NCBI GenBank assembly: GCA_029560465.1
Contig: JAKQKX010000045.1
Coordinates: 216,260 to 280,259, forward strand
Length of the DNA stretch: 64,000 nucleotides
Reading direction: 5' to 3'
DNA from: Candidatus Omnitrophota bacterium
GTDB taxonomy: Bacteria; Omnitrophota; Gorgyraeia; Zapsychrales; JANLHA01
Shown here: one piece after another, positions 30,305 to 40,267 of the stretch
Layout of the letters: every line of letters begins with the position of its first letter
Numbering within the stretch: the stretch's first letter is position 1
Position numbers and translations under genes: made by a program
The notes under the pieces: model-generated
Database searches by the model: none
The model's input: the letters and a program-made list of their open reading frames with translations, nothing else
What the model was told of the DNA's origin: nothing

Positions 30305-30988
30305 TCATTTTTCAGAAGCTTTATCCTTATCCTTGCCCGCGGAAGAATCAGCTTTCTTTTCCTTAAGCACTTCCGGTTCCGTTGGCCCCTCGGCAGCGGC
30401 TCCCGGCTCCTCTTCCCGCATCGGAGGGATAACCGTACACACAACCGCGTCCAGGTCTTCCTTGGTCCTGACCCCCTCCGGCAACACAAGATCCTTGACA
30501 AAAACACTATCCCCAATCTCCAAAGCGGAAATATCCACATCAATATGCTGAGGGATATTCATCGGCAGACAAATCACTTCCAAATCCCACATGTGATGCT
30601 CGAGAGATCCATGGTTTTTCTTGACACCAGGCGCATCCCCCTTGACCACCAGCCCCACCTTTACTGCGATTTCCTGGGTCAGGGAAATGACATTAAAATC
30701 CACGTGTATAATTTCGTCCGTCACCGGGTGATGCTGCTCTTCTTTAACGATCACCGAGCAATCGCTCAAACGGGTATCTCCGTCAAACACGTCCAAGTGA
30801 TACACGACGCTTTCCCCCATATGAGCCCGCCTAATTTTCTCAAAGACTTTTTTGTCCAACTTCACCGTAACCGGCTGCGCGTCTTTCCCGTAAATGACCG
30901 CAGGGACAAAACCCTGCCGCCGGACCTGTTTTATGCGTTGGCTTCCGACTTCCTTGCGTGATTGCACACTCAATTTAATTTCTTCCAT
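30305..30988 (-). CDS. rplY: 50S ribosomal protein L25 / general stress protein Ctc
   Basis: R.G.VPAVIYG motif and two beta-barrel domains. Has an acidic and Lys-rich C-terminal tail. The probable start is MEEIKL at 30988; the ORF track extends to 31048. Confidence 0.85.
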   Translation of the reverse strand: MEEIKLSVQSRKEVGSQRIKQVRRQGFVPAVIYGKDAQPVTVKLDKKVFEKIRRAHMGESVVYHLDVFDGDTRLSDCSVIVKEEQHHPVTDEIIHVDFNVISLTQEIAVKVGLVVKGDAPGVKKNHGSLEHHMWDLEVICLPMNIPQHIDVDISALEIGDSVFVKDLVLPEGVRTKEDLDAVVCTVIPPMREEEPGAAAEGPTEPEVLKEKKADSSAGKDKDKASEK

Positions 30989-31028
30989 TTTTATCGACCT
31001 GCCTTTTCTTTTAGATTGATGCCGCCCG

Positions 31029-31985
31029 TCAATGCCGGGTATATTCAAACAAACAACTCACCGAATTCTCACTGTGAATCCGGTGGATCGCCTCCGCCAG
31101 TAACGGGGCGATTGAAATGACTTTAATTTTAGAATTCACCGCACTCTTTTTAAACGGGATACTGTCCGTAATCATCACCTCTTTCAACACATCGCATTTC
31201 CTGATTTTCTCCAACGCGTCGCCGGATAACACGCCATGGCTGATCGCCGCGCAAACGGACGTGACGCCTTTCTTTTTCAACCCCTCTGCCGCCTGGATAA
31301 GGGACCCCCCCGTGGCGACGATATCATCAACAAGGATCGCGACTTTTCCCTTGACCGCCCCCAGGATATGCATCACTTCGGTCTTCTCCGGGCTCGTCCG
31401 CCGCTTATCGATCACCGCCAGTCCGGCATTAAGCTTTTTGGCGTACGCACGGGCCATTTTCAGGCTCCCGACATCCGGGGACACGATCACCAGTTTGGAA
31501 CTCGGAATTTTTTTATCAACATAATCACATAACGTATTAATCGCGTACAAATGGTCGACCGGGATGTCAAAAAACCCCTGAATCTGGCTGGCATGCAAAT
31601 CCATCGTCAAAATACGGTTCGCACCGGCGGCCGTGATCAGATTCGCGACCAGCTTAGCGGTGATCGGAACGCGCGGCTGATCCTTGCGGTCCTGGCGGGC
31701 ATATCCGTAATAAGGCATGACCGCCGTGATCCTTTTGGCCGATGCCCGGCGAACAGCATCCATCATGACCAAAAGTTCCATTAAATTGTCGTTGACAGGA
31801 GGGCACGTCGGCTGGATGATAAAAACATCCTTCCCCCGGACATTGTCTTTAATCCTGACCTGAATTTCTCCTTCGCTGAACCGTCCGACCAGGACATCCG
31901 CAAGCGGCACTTGCAGATATTTGCATATCCCCTGCGCTAAAGCGAGGTTCGCGTTACCGCTGAAGACCGCCATGGTGCCGTTCAT
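31029..31985 (-). CDS. prs: Ribose-phosphate pyrophosphokinase
   Basis: FSGNANLALAQ, YYGYARQDRK and DLHA motifs. Confidence 0.95.
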   Translation of the reverse strand: MNGTMAVFSGNANLALAQGICKYLQVPLADVLVGRFSEGEIQVRIKDNVRGKDVFIIQPTCPPVNDNLMELLVMMDAVRRASAKRITAVMPYYGYARQDRKDQPRVPITAKLVANLITAAGANRILTMDLHASQIQGFFDIPVDHLYAINTLCDYVDKKIPSSKLVIVSPDVGSLKMARAYAKKLNAGLAVIDKRRTSPEKTEVMHILGAVKGKVAILVDDIVATGGSLIQAAEGLKKKGVTSVCAAISHGVLSGDALEKIRKCDVLKEVMITDSIPFKKSAVNSKIKVISIAPLLAEAIHRIHSENSVSCLFEYTRH

Positions 31986-32017
31986 ACCCTTCTCCTCTCC
32001 TTTTTAGAATCTGGTGT

Positions 32018-33319
32018 TTAGCCCTTCTTCTCCCGAATCCGTCCGGGGACCCCAACGATGACTCTCCCCGACGGCACTTTAGTCCCGCGGGTAACAACAC
32101 ACCCGGCTCCGGTCATGGCGCCCGCCCCGATTTCAACCGGAGCCACCAAAATAGAATCAGACCCTACAAAAGCCCGGGCGCCGACACGCGTCCGGTTCTT
32201 GTTCTTTCCGTCATAATTCGCGGTCACCACTCCGGCTCCGATATTAACGCCCCGGCCGAGCCTGGCATCCCCCAGAAAACTAAAATGCTTCATGAAACAC
32301 TGGTCACCCATCACGCTGCGCGACACTTCGGCAAAGTTGCCGATCTCAACCCGGTTCCCAATTTTTGTGCCAGGACGGATCCTCGCAAACGGGCCGATCA
32401 CGCACTGAGTACCGATCGTCACGTTGCTCTCGATCACCGTGCATGGACGGATAATGGTGTCTGGCCCGACCCGGACAGTGTCATCAATATACGTGGTGTT
32501 GGGATCAATGATCGTCACCCCGGAAAGCATCAACTTCTTGAGCACGCGCAACCGCAACACCCGCTCGGCGACAGCAAGGTCCTCCCGGGAATTAATCCCA
32601 ACGCCCTCCAGGGCATCCTGCGCGCCCACCGTTTCAACCTTCGCGCCGCTTTGAGCCAAGATCGCCACCACATCCGTCAAATAATATTCTTTCTTTTTAG
32701 CGTTTAAAGGGACCTTTCTAAGCGAAGAGAACAGCGCTTCTTTCCGCACACAGTACACGCCCACATTGATTTCCCGGATCTTCTTTTCCTCCAGAGTGGC
32801 ATCCTTCTCTTCCCGGATAGCGACCGCGACCCCGGAATCATTGCGGATCACCCGTCCGTAACCACGGCTGTCTTCCAAAGATGCGGTTAAAAAAGTGCAC
32901 ACCGCCCCGGTCCGCTTGTGCCGGCGGATGATGCTCCGAACCGTTTCCTTGCGTAAAAGAGGCGTATCCCCGCAGAGAATCAGGATATCCCCGTTATAAT
33001 CCCTGAAAAAAGGCTCCCCCTGGCGGACAGCATCCGCTGTCCCCAAAAGCTCCTTTTGCTCATAAGCAACAATGTCCGGGCCCAAAACTTCTCTCACCCG
33101 GTCGCTCTGATGCCCCAGCACGACAAACGTTTTCAAAGAACCGGCGGCATGAACCACATCCAGGACATGCTGAATCAGCGGCCTGCCGCACAGCGCATGC
33201 AAAACTTTAGGGACCCGGGATTTCATCCGCGTCCCTTTGCCCGCTGCAAGAATTATCGTCATTACGTGATCCATGGAAAACCGATGTCTTTTCTGTCCTA
33301 ATATTCCGGCAGACGGCAC
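32018..33319 (-). CDS. glmU: Bifunctional UDP-GlcNAc pyrophosphorylase / GlcN-1-P N-acetyltransferase
   Basis: N-terminal LAAGKGTRMKS nucleotidyltransferase domain and a C-terminal LbH acetyltransferase domain. Confidence 0.9.
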   Translation of the reverse strand: MPSAGILGQKRHRFSMDHVMTIILAAGKGTRMKSRVPKVLHALCGRPLIQHVLDVVHAAGSLKTFVVLGHQSDRVREVLGPDIVAYEQKELLGTADAVRQGEPFFRDYNGDILILCGDTPLLRKETVRSIIRRHKRTGAVCTFLTASLEDSRGYGRVIRNDSGVAVAIREEKDATLEEKKIREINVGVYCVRKEALFSSLRKVPLNAKKKEYYLTDVVAILAQSGAKVETVGAQDALEGVGINSREDLAVAERVLRLRVLKKLMLSGVTIIDPNTTYIDDTVRVGPDTIIRPCTVIESNVTIGTQCVIGPFARIRPGTKIGNRVEIGNFAEVSRSVMGDQCFMKHFSFLGDARLGRGVNIGAGVVTANYDGKNKNRTRVGARAFVGSDSILVAPVEIGAGAMTGAGCVVTRGTKVPSGRVIVGVPGRIREKKG

Positions 33320-33350
33320 GAGGCGATCATGTGTTTGATCCCGGGAAAAA

Positions 33351-33425
33351 TGGCTGCCCAGCCTGGACTCGAACCAGGAAAACGAGATCCAAATTCTCGT
33401 GTGTTGCCAATTACACCACCGGGCA
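33351..33425 (-). tRNA. tRNA-Gln (anticodon UUG)
   Basis: Cloverleaf folded by hand from the reverse complement: a 7 bp acceptor stem with the U1:A72 pair typical of tRNA-Gln, D arm GTGT/ACAC, anticodon stem CGAGA/TCTCG, loop ATTTGGA (anticodon TTG), T arm CCTGG-TTCGAGT-CCAGG, discriminator G and an encoded CCA. Confidence 0.8.
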
Positions 33426-33465
33426 ATAATAATCCTAAATGACGGCCTGGCGAAACGGCTCCGGC

Positions 33466-33870
33466 CTAAGCATCCGCATCATCCATCGCGGAAGAGGAAG
33501 GGTGTTCCACTTCCTGTTTATACGCTTCCAAAATCCGACCCTGCAGATATTCACGGAACTTCTGGGTGACAGGATGAGCAATATCACGATGCTCCGCCTT
33601 CGCATCGCGCAGAGCATCCTCTTTATCCGGGGGCAGAACCTGGGCCCCGCAATGGTTACAATACCGGCTTCCCACCTCATTCTTAAAACCACATTTAGCA
33701 CATGAACTCTTTACTTTACGAGAAGGCATGGCAATAAACAGGCCACCGGCCCCTTCAATCACTTTTATATTCCGAACCACGAAAACATCATCGAAAGTAA
33801 CGGTTGTATAGGCTTTTAATTTCTTATCCTGTCCCTCTTTCAAAAATACGCGAATTTCTGTAATTTCCAT
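33466..33870 (-). CDS. spoVG: SpoVG family protein with an internal zinc-ribbon insertion
   Basis: MEITEIRVF...GLFIAMPSRK...RDIAHP matches the SpoVG core. About 40 aa are inserted between PSRK and RDIAHP, and this insert carries C-x2-C-x11-C-x2-C. Confidence 0.8.
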   Translation of the reverse strand: MEITEIRVFLKEGQDKKLKAYTTVTFDDVFVVRNIKVIEGAGGLFIAMPSRKVKSSCAKCGFKNEVGSRYCNHCGAQVLPPDKEDALRDAKAEHRDIAHPVTQKFREYLQGRILEAYKQEVEHPSSSAMDDADA

Positions 33871-33885
33871 GATGCCAACCTCCTG

Positions 33886-34746
33886 TCAAAGTGTTCTTAC
33901 GGCATAAACCTGGCTGTACCTTTTCGACAACAGTGCTTGGAGTTTTTCTGCCTGCTGCTGGTTTTGGGTTATTCCAAAGATGGCCGGGCCACTCCCCGAA
34001 AACGACACCCCCTCCACCTCTTTATATATTAATAGTCGTTCCCGAATGCAACGCAGAGAGGAACGGAGCTCTAAAATACTGCTCTCCAAATCGTTAGATA
34101 ACAAGCGGCCTACTCTAATAATATTCTTATTCTTTAAATAGCGAATTAGAATATTAACATCATCCCCTGGCTTTGTCAACTGCAAATTAAGGTTCGCAAA
34201 CACTTCTGAGCTATACATTTTCAGACGGGGGACCACCAAAACATGCCACAACGTTGTCTTTAAATCGAGCCTGTGGATTTCATCCCCGCGGCTTAACCCC
34301 AAGGCCCAACTGCAGTCATGAAGGAAAAACGGGACATCGCTCCCCACCTCCTTGGCCAAGTCCACCATCTCTGCCAAAGGCATCTTGAGTTTCCAAATCA
34401 TGTTTAACCCTTTGAAGGCCGTCGCCGCATTACTTGAGCCGCCGGCCAAACCCGCGGCGACAGGGATCCGCTTGTTCAAAAACACCTCAACCCCGGCTTT
34501 GACCCGGAATTTTTCTTGGAGCAGCCGCGCTGTGCGAAAAATCAAATTCTTGGGTCCACAGGGCACATGGGGATGGGAGCAACGGATACGAACCGCCCCG
34601 TCTGCGGTGGGCTTAAACATAATCTCATCGCACAGGTTGATTCTTTCAAAAATGGTTTTTAAGTCGTGATAACCATCCGCCCGTTTCCGGAGGACTTTCA
34701 AAGACAGGTTTAACTTGGCGGGAGAACGCAAAATAACAGATTTCAT
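33886..34746 (-). CDS. ispE: 4-diphosphocytidyl-2-C-methyl-D-erythritol kinase
   Basis: GHMP kinase motifs (PAKLNLSL, PVAAGLAGGSSNAAA). Confidence 0.9.
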   Translation of the reverse strand: MKSVILRSPAKLNLSLKVLRKRADGYHDLKTIFERINLCDEIMFKPTADGAVRIRCSHPHVPCGPKNLIFRTARLLQEKFRVKAGVEVFLNKRIPVAAGLAGGSSNAATAFKGLNMIWKLKMPLAEMVDLAKEVGSDVPFFLHDCSWALGLSRGDEIHRLDLKTTLWHVLVVPRLKMYSSEVFANLNLQLTKPGDDVNILIRYLKNKNIIRVGRLLSNDLESSILELRSSLRCIRERLLIYKEVEGVSFSGSGPAIFGITQNQQQAEKLQALLSKRYSQVYAVRTL

Positions 34747-34797
34747 GCCATACCACCTAACAAACGCCGGCTACCGAACACCCATGATCTCGGGGGC

Positions 34798-35772
34798 TCA
34801 ATTGAGCTTCTCTATTTTCTGAAGGACACGCTGCTGGTCCGGGAGCATATCTAATGAAAATTCCCAATATTTTTTCGCTTCTTCATACTGGTTCAGCATA
34901 TAATAAGCGTCCCCTATATGCTCGTAGATCACAGGGTCTTTTAAATAAGTGTCAGCGGCTTCAAACGTGGACAGGGCTTTTTCATATTCACCTTGTTTGT
35001 AGTAAATCCACCCCAAACTGTCCCAATAGGCGCCGTTTTCAGGATCCAGCTTGATCGCCCGGCTCACCATCTCTTCCGCCACCTGCAATTGAATCCCGTC
35101 CTCGGCATACAAATACCCCAGGGAATTCAAACTCCCATCATGCTCCGGGTCCACTTTAAGGGCGCGCATAAAATAATCCATGGCTTTCGGACGCTCCCCC
35201 AATTCCAAATGCAAAGTTCCCAAGAGAAAAAGGACATCTGCATTTTTAGGGGACAGTTTTAAAACCAAGTCATATTGAGCGATGGCTTTTCGATATTCCT
35301 TCTGGGAATAATACAACTGCCCCAAAGAAATATAGATCTCGATATTATTGGGATCTGTCTCGGAAAATGACGTCAGGATTGATTCATATTCTTTGGCGGC
35401 CAGGTCAAAATCTTTCTGGCTGGAATAGATCAGCGCCAGCAAATAACGCGCCTGGACATTCTTCTCATCGTAGTTCAGAACTTTCTGCAAGGCGCTGATC
35501 GACTCGGGCAACTTGCCCAATCGGGCATAATCCGCCCCCAACCGCAGGTACACATCAGCATTCCCTTTATATTCAGCGGACGTCTTATAGGAATTAATGG
35601 CCTCATCCGTCATCCCCTGCAGGTCATAGACCAAGGCCATGATATAGTGGGCAATCCCTTTGGCCTTCGCATCCTGTTCGGTCTTCGCGTAAACGACCGT
35701 CGGACTCAGGCAAAGCACACTTCCAAAGACAACAATACACAGAGGAAGCAACTTGTTTCTTAATACCCGCAT
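34798..35772 (-). CDS. TPR-repeat protein with a signal peptide
   Basis: N-terminal signal peptide, then at least six tetratricopeptide-like repeats (an A..Y..G..Y..A periodicity). Confidence 0.7.
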   Translation of the reverse strand: MRVLRNKLLPLCIVVFGSVLCLSPTVVYAKTEQDAKAKGIAHYIMALVYDLQGMTDEAINSYKTSAEYKGNADVYLRLGADYARLGKLPESISALQKVLNYDEKNVQARYLLALIYSSQKDFDLAAKEYESILTSFSETDPNNIEIYISLGQLYYSQKEYRKAIAQYDLVLKLSPKNADVLFLLGTLHLELGERPKAMDYFMRALKVDPEHDGSLNSLGYLYAEDGIQLQVAEEMVSRAIKLDPENGAYWDSLGWIYYKQGEYEKALSTFEAADTYLKDPVIYEHIGDAYYMLNQYEEAKKYWEFSLDMLPDQQRVLQKIEKLN

Positions 35773-35903
35773 GGCTTAAAATTACGCCCAATCACGTTTT
35801 TTAAGATGCCGCAAAGACTTTCTTTGTTTCTTTCTTTTATGGGTAGTTATTTTCCTGCGTTTCCGTTTTTTTCCACAAGGCATAAGTCCAACCTTTGATA
35901 ATT

Positions 35904-36779
35904 TTAAAGAATGATTTTATTTAAAGAGTACTCTATAATTCCCTGCGCCCCGGCCTTTTTGAGTTCCGGGATAATCGTCCTGACTTTCCCTTCATGAATC
36001 ACAGTCTCCACCGCCAGCCATTCCTCATCGCGCAGGTGGGAAATCGTGGGCTGTTTTAGAGAAGAGAGCTGGGCTAAAACCCTGTCCAGATCATCCCGGT
36101 GCACATTTAATTTTAACCCAACCATGCCGTTTGCGTCAATGGCTCCTTTCAGGAGCATAACGATCTGTTCCATCTTCTGTTTTTTCCACGGATCACGCAA
36201 ACTCTCGCGGTTGGCGATAAACTGGGTGGTTGATTCGCAGATCGTCGTCACAATCCGCAATTTATTCGCCCGCAGGCTCGTACCCGTCTCGGTCAATTCC
36301 ACGACTGCGTCCACCAGGCCCGCCGCCACTTTAGCCTCGGTCGCGCCCCAGCTGAACTCCACCTCGGCTTTAACCTTGCGCTCTTTTAAATAGGTCTTAG
36401 TCACGTTCACCAATTCCGTCGCGATCCGCATTCCTTCTAGATCTTCAACCGCTTTGATCTTCGAATGCTCGGGAACAGCCAGAACCCAACGCACTTTGAC
36501 GGAGGATTGTTTGGCGTAAACCAAATCGGCCAATGTCTTGACTTTGGACTCGTTTTCAAGCACCCAGTCAGCTCCGGTGATACCGCAATCCAACACACCT
36601 TCTTCAACATAGCGGGACATCTCCTGGGCCCGCAACAACACGGGTTCCACAGCCTCATCGTCAATAATGGGGAAATAAGAACGGTCCGACATATAAATCC
36701 GAAACCCGGCCCGTTCAAAAACCTTGATGGTGGCTTCCTGCAAACTCCCTTTCGGAAGACCTAAATGTAACTTTTTCAT
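35904..36779 (-). CDS. hisG: ATP phosphoribosyltransferase (long form)
   Basis: LGLPKGSL N-terminus, the catalytic domain and a C-terminal regulatory domain. The probable start is MKKLHLG at 36779. Confidence 0.9.
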   Translation of the reverse strand: MKKLHLGLPKGSLQEATIKVFERAGFRIYMSDRSYFPIIDDEAVEPVLLRAQEMSRYVEEGVLDCGITGADWVLENESKVKTLADLVYAKQSSVKVRWVLAVPEHSKIKAVEDLEGMRIATELVNVTKTYLKERKVKAEVEFSWGATEAKVAAGLVDAVVELTETGTSLRANKLRIVTTICESTTQFIANRESLRDPWKKQKMEQIVMLLKGAIDANGMVGLKLNVHRDDLDRVLAQLSSLKQPTISHLRDEEWLAVETVIHEGKVRTIIPELKKAGAQGIIEYSLNKIIL

Positions 36780-36909
36780 GCTGATCCTTCTCTCCCTCCC
36801 CGCTGCGAAACACTGCAAAAACAAAGTGTGGTTGGCTGAAACAGGGGGTATTATAACCTTAGGTATTTCAAAAGTAAAGGAATTTTCTGTCCTCGTGCGC
36901 GAAAATCCC

Positions 36910-36938
36910 TTGTCAAAAAGTTAATAAGTAGATATAAT
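36910..36938 (+). promoter_or_regulatory. Sigma-70-like promoter for the ppiD-like gene
   Basis: TTGTCA at 36910..36915 and TATAAT at 36933..36938 with a 17 nt spacer. AGGAGA Shine-Dalgarno sits about 8 nt before the ATG at 37007. Confidence 0.5.
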
Positions 36939-37006
36939 GCGTTTTCTAACGTTTTTTAAAATTGTTTTCTCCCCAAATTCAACATCCCTAAGCAGAAGGA
37001 GATCCC

Positions 37007-38584
37007 ATGTTAAAGGTTATTCGTCACAAAGGGTTCATGAAAAAAACTTTATGGGCGCTGGCGGTTGTCATCATTATTTCCTTTGGGTTCTTCGGGCAGT
37101 CTTTTCTGTTCAGGGATTCCTCAACGGCCAACTACGCGGGGAAAATTTTCGGAAAAAAAATTTCGATTCGGGAATATGATTTCAACCGGATACAGACGGA
37201 CCTCCAGCTGCGCCTGCAATACGGCTCCGAATACAAAAAAATCGCCGAGTTCATTAATATCTTCGCCCAAACCTGGGACCGGATTATCCTTCTGCACGAA
37301 GCCAACCGGCAGCGCATCACAGTACCGGACGAAATGGTCGTTTCCACGATTCAACATTACCCCTTTTTCCTGAAAAACGGCGTTTTCAACCAGGCGCTCT
37401 ACACTCAAATCCTGAATAACGCATTTCATATCCAGCCCCGGGACTTCGAGGAAGGCATGCGCGACTCGCTTAAAATCGCCAAACTTTTTGAAAAAGAGAC
37501 GGAAAACATCACCGTTCCGGATGAAGGGGTCTTAGAATATTACACCCAACGCAACGAAAAAGCTCAGGTCACCTACGGGCTGGTTTCAACGGACCAATAT
37601 TTGTCTGACGTCCCTTTCGATGACGTCCAAGCCAAAAATTATTATCTGAGCCATAAAGAGGAGTTCATGCTCCCGCCGATGATCAACGTGGAATTCATTC
37701 AGGTTGATTTCCCGAAAGGCCATCCGGCCCCCAACCCCGACGGGGAAGCCGAAAACACACCGGCCCCGGACGGCGAAGGGATCCCGGGCCAAAACGCCGT
37801 GAGCGATGCCGCCAAAGAAACGGCCTGGCAGGCCGCCCAAGACCTGGCGGACGCCATCCTTATGGATCATACAAATTTAAAAACCGTGGCCAGCGAAAAC
37901 AAAAAAATCATCAGGGAAAGCGGGTTCTTCAGCCTGCAGAAACCCGACCTTTCCATGGGCTGGTCCTTCCCCCTGATTCAGCAACTTTTTGAGCTGCCGA
38001 AAGGCCAAATCTTGGGCCCAGTCGAAGCCTCTGATGGTTATCAAATCCTTCAGATCAAAGAGCGCCGGGAGCCCACGCTCCCCGATTATCCATCGGTTCA
38101 AGATAACGTCAAAGCGGCCTGGATAAAAGGTGAAGCGAAAAAAATCGCCAGGAAAAAAGCGGATCAATTCCTAGGTCAAATCCGGGAAGCCCTCAGCCAG
38201 CCTGGGAATCCAGGGTTTAAAACCATCGCCGAAAACCTGGGCTTGGCTGTTTCCCAAACCCCGGTTTTTCAGCGGGGAGAATACCTCCCCAACATCGGAC
38301 TGTCCCGGGACTTCCAGGAAGCCGCTTTTGCGCTTAAGAACAGCTCGGATGTCAGCGCCCCGGTTGAAACGGAAAAAGGATTTTATCTCCTGATTCTGGA
38401 TTCCTATGTTCCTGTGGATATGGAAAAATATAAAGAAGAGAAAACCCCTTATCTCCAAGAGATCCTGCAGGAGAAAAAAGCGAAGGCATTTGAAGAAATT
38501 CTGAACCGGCTGAGGCTGGATGCCAATCTGGAAGATCACACCCCCGAAATCTACCGGCTAAACACCAATGAACCCGGCGCGTAG
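37007..38584 (+). CDS. ppiD: PpiD-like periplasmic chaperone / parvulin-type peptidyl-prolyl isomerase
   Basis: N-terminal TM anchor, SurA-N-like chaperone region and a central parvulin-like domain. 525 aa. One of only two solid plus-strand genes. Confidence 0.75.
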   Translation: MLKVIRHKGFMKKTLWALAVVIIISFGFFGQSFLFRDSSTANYAGKIFGKKISIREYDFNRIQTDLQLRLQYGSEYKKIAEFINIFAQTWDRIILLHEANRQRITVPDEMVVSTIQHYPFFLKNGVFNQALYTQILNNAFHIQPRDFEEGMRDSLKIAKLFEKETENITVPDEGVLEYYTQRNEKAQVTYGLVSTDQYLSDVPFDDVQAKNYYLSHKEEFMLPPMINVEFIQVDFPKGHPAPNPDGEAENTPAPDGEGIPGQNAVSDAAKETAWQAAQDLADAILMDHTNLKTVASENKKIIRESGFFSLQKPDLSMGWSFPLIQQLFELPKGQILGPVEASDGYQILQIKERREPTLPDYPSVQDNVKAAWIKGEAKKIARKKADQFLGQIREALSQPGNPGFKTIAENLGLAVSQTPVFQRGEYLPNIGLSRDFQEAAFALKNSSDVSAPVETEKGFYLLILDSYVPVDMEKYKEEKTPYLQEILQEKKAKAFEEILNRLRLDANLEDHTPEIYRLNTNEPGA

Positions 38585-38602
38585 GTCCGAAATCCCCCGC
38601 GG

Positions 38603-39136
38603 CTAGGAGCCATCCCCCGGCGTTAACGTTCCGCTGGAAAAAAGGATCTGTTCATAATTCTCAGGGATATCATTCTCAACCGCGCGGACAACCCCCTCGG
38701 CATTCACGAAAATAAAGGTCGGAATCCCGATCACCCCATAGGCGTCGGACACGGACCCGTCCTCGTCCAGAAACACATCCATGGTCATGTGATTGGCTGA
38801 CATATAAGCCTGGACAAGTTTGGCGCTTTCCCCCAGGTCCACCAACGCAACCTGAACGCCTTTAGCCTCCAAATCCGCCTGGCTGTTGTGGATCGTGTCC
38901 AGCTGCACGCGGCAGTGCGGGCACCATGTCGCCCAGAAAAAAATAATGACCGGCTTCCCGTTCCGCATCGTTGTCAGGTTCAAATTTTTTTGATAAATGG
39001 AATTAAGGGTAAAGTCCGGGGCCTTCTGGCCGATAAGAGGATTTTCAAAAAAGAAAAACTGCCCCATGGCGTAAGACCCGTTAATCGCTAAAAAACTGAC
39101 CAAGAGAACGACGATAAAACGTCCGATTATTTTCAT
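38603..39136 (-). CDS. TlpA/ResA-like thiol-disulfide oxidoreductase (thioredoxin fold)
   Basis: Signal anchor plus a WCPHC active site (FFWATWCPHCR). Confidence 0.8.
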   Translation of the reverse strand: MKIIGRFIVVLLVSFLAINGSYAMGQFFFFENPLIGQKAPDFTLNSIYQKNLNLTTMRNGKPVIIFFWATWCPHCRVQLDTIHNSQADLEAKGVQVALVDLGESAKLVQAYMSANHMTMDVFLDEDGSVSDAYGVIGIPTFIFVNAEGVVRAVENDIPENYEQILFSSGTLTPGDGS

Positions 39137-39161
39137 GCCAATCCCCCTTTATCTGTGCCCC

Positions 39162-39488
39162 TCATGATTGCACTGTTTCATCAATCCAAGCCAGGTAATC
39201 TTCCTGGCCCGCGATGATCGGCAAAGCAATGATTTCCGGCACGCTATAACTATGCCGCGCTTTTATCGCTGCCACTAAAGTTTGAAAAACAGAATAACGG
39301 GTCTTCAGGATTAACAGGCATTCACCAGCGCGGTCAATTTTCCCTTCCCACCAAAACAGCGAGTCCACGTTGGGAACAATGTTAACGCAGGCGGCCAGCT
39401 TCTCTTCCAGTAACACGCGGCCAAGCCCCCGTGCTTCTTCCTGGTTCGGGACAGTGACGAGAACAACAATATATTGAGTACCAGTCAT
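39162..39488 (-). CDS. cutA: Divalent-cation tolerance protein CutA
   Basis: 108 aa. CutA1 fold motifs (VPN..EA..L...L.EKLAACVNI...S.FWW.G). Confidence 0.85.
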   Translation of the reverse strand: MTGTQYIVVLVTVPNQEEARGLGRVLLEEKLAACVNIVPNVDSLFWWEGKIDRAGECLLILKTRYSVFQTLVAAIKARHSYSVPEIIALPIIAGQEDYLAWIDETVQS

Positions 39489-39568
39489 CCTTCAGGCCCT
39501 CTTTGTTTTTCCCCGCTTATAAAAAATTTATTATACCGCTATGGATTCAAATTTCAATGAATATCCTG

Positions 39569-40267
39569 TCACGCCATGACCATCAAAGCGAGATTCCGGC
39601 CGCAGCTGGCCCCTTCTCTCCGGTAAGAAAAAAAACGGGTATCACAGCAGGTGCATGCCCCGCAATCATGAACCTGGGCCACCGGAACACCCCCCTGCTC
39701 AAGTTGCCGTATATTCGCTCCGGCGAGATCCAAGACCAGGCCCGGCCCTTGCCGCCGGACGTCCTCCGGGAAGAAATCACGGAATTCCGGCCCCACGGTG
39801 TAACAACAAGGCCGTATGCAGGGTCCCAAAACCACGCTCATCTCGGCGGGGTCTGAACCGAACGCATCGCGCATCCGGGCCACCGCTTCCCGCACAATTC
39901 CATCCCGCGTCCCCCGCCAGCCCGCATGCACGACCCCGACACACCGGTTCCGGGGGTCACAAAGAAATACCGGAAGGCAATCTGCGGTTCTAACACTGAT
40001 CCAACATCGCGACGATTTCGTCAGACATCCATCCGCATCAAACGGAACGAAGGGCCCGGGACCTCCCCGTTCATAGACGACAATCCGGTTCCCGTGCACC
40101 TGGCGCAAAGGGACAAAAACTGAATCGGGAATAGAGAAACACGCAGCGGCGGTTTCCTCTTGTTCGGGAGTCAAGGATATTTCCCCTTGCGCGAGAGAAA
40201 GGCCGCTATTGCGATCGGTGAAGATCGCGTGTATTCCCGGAGGGAAGAAATCACTCAAGACTAACAT
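39569..40267 (-). CDS. pgeF: Purine nucleoside phosphorylase / laccase-domain protein PgeF (YfiH, DUF152)
   Basis: ADC.PV and VHAGWRG motifs. The probable start is MLVLSDFF (40267); the ORF track extends to 40342, overlapping rmuC. Confidence 0.8.
   Translation of the reverse strand: MLVLSDFFPPGIHAIFTDRNSGLSLAQGEISLTPEQEETAAACFSIPDSVFVPLRQVHGNRIVVYERGGPGPFVPFDADGCLTKSSRCWISVRTADCLPVFLCDPRNRCVGVVHAGWRGTRDGIVREAVARMRDAFGSDPAEMSVVLGPCIRPCCYTVGPEFRDFFPEDVRRQGPGLVLDLAGANIRQLEQGGVPVAQVHDCGACTCCDTRFFSYRREGASCGRNLALMVMA

Noticed and set aside
37586-38539. Three minus-strand ORFs of 94-122 aa inside the ppiD-like gene
   Set aside because: They are antisense to a coherent 525 aa chaperone ORF that has its own promoter and Shine-Dalgarno.
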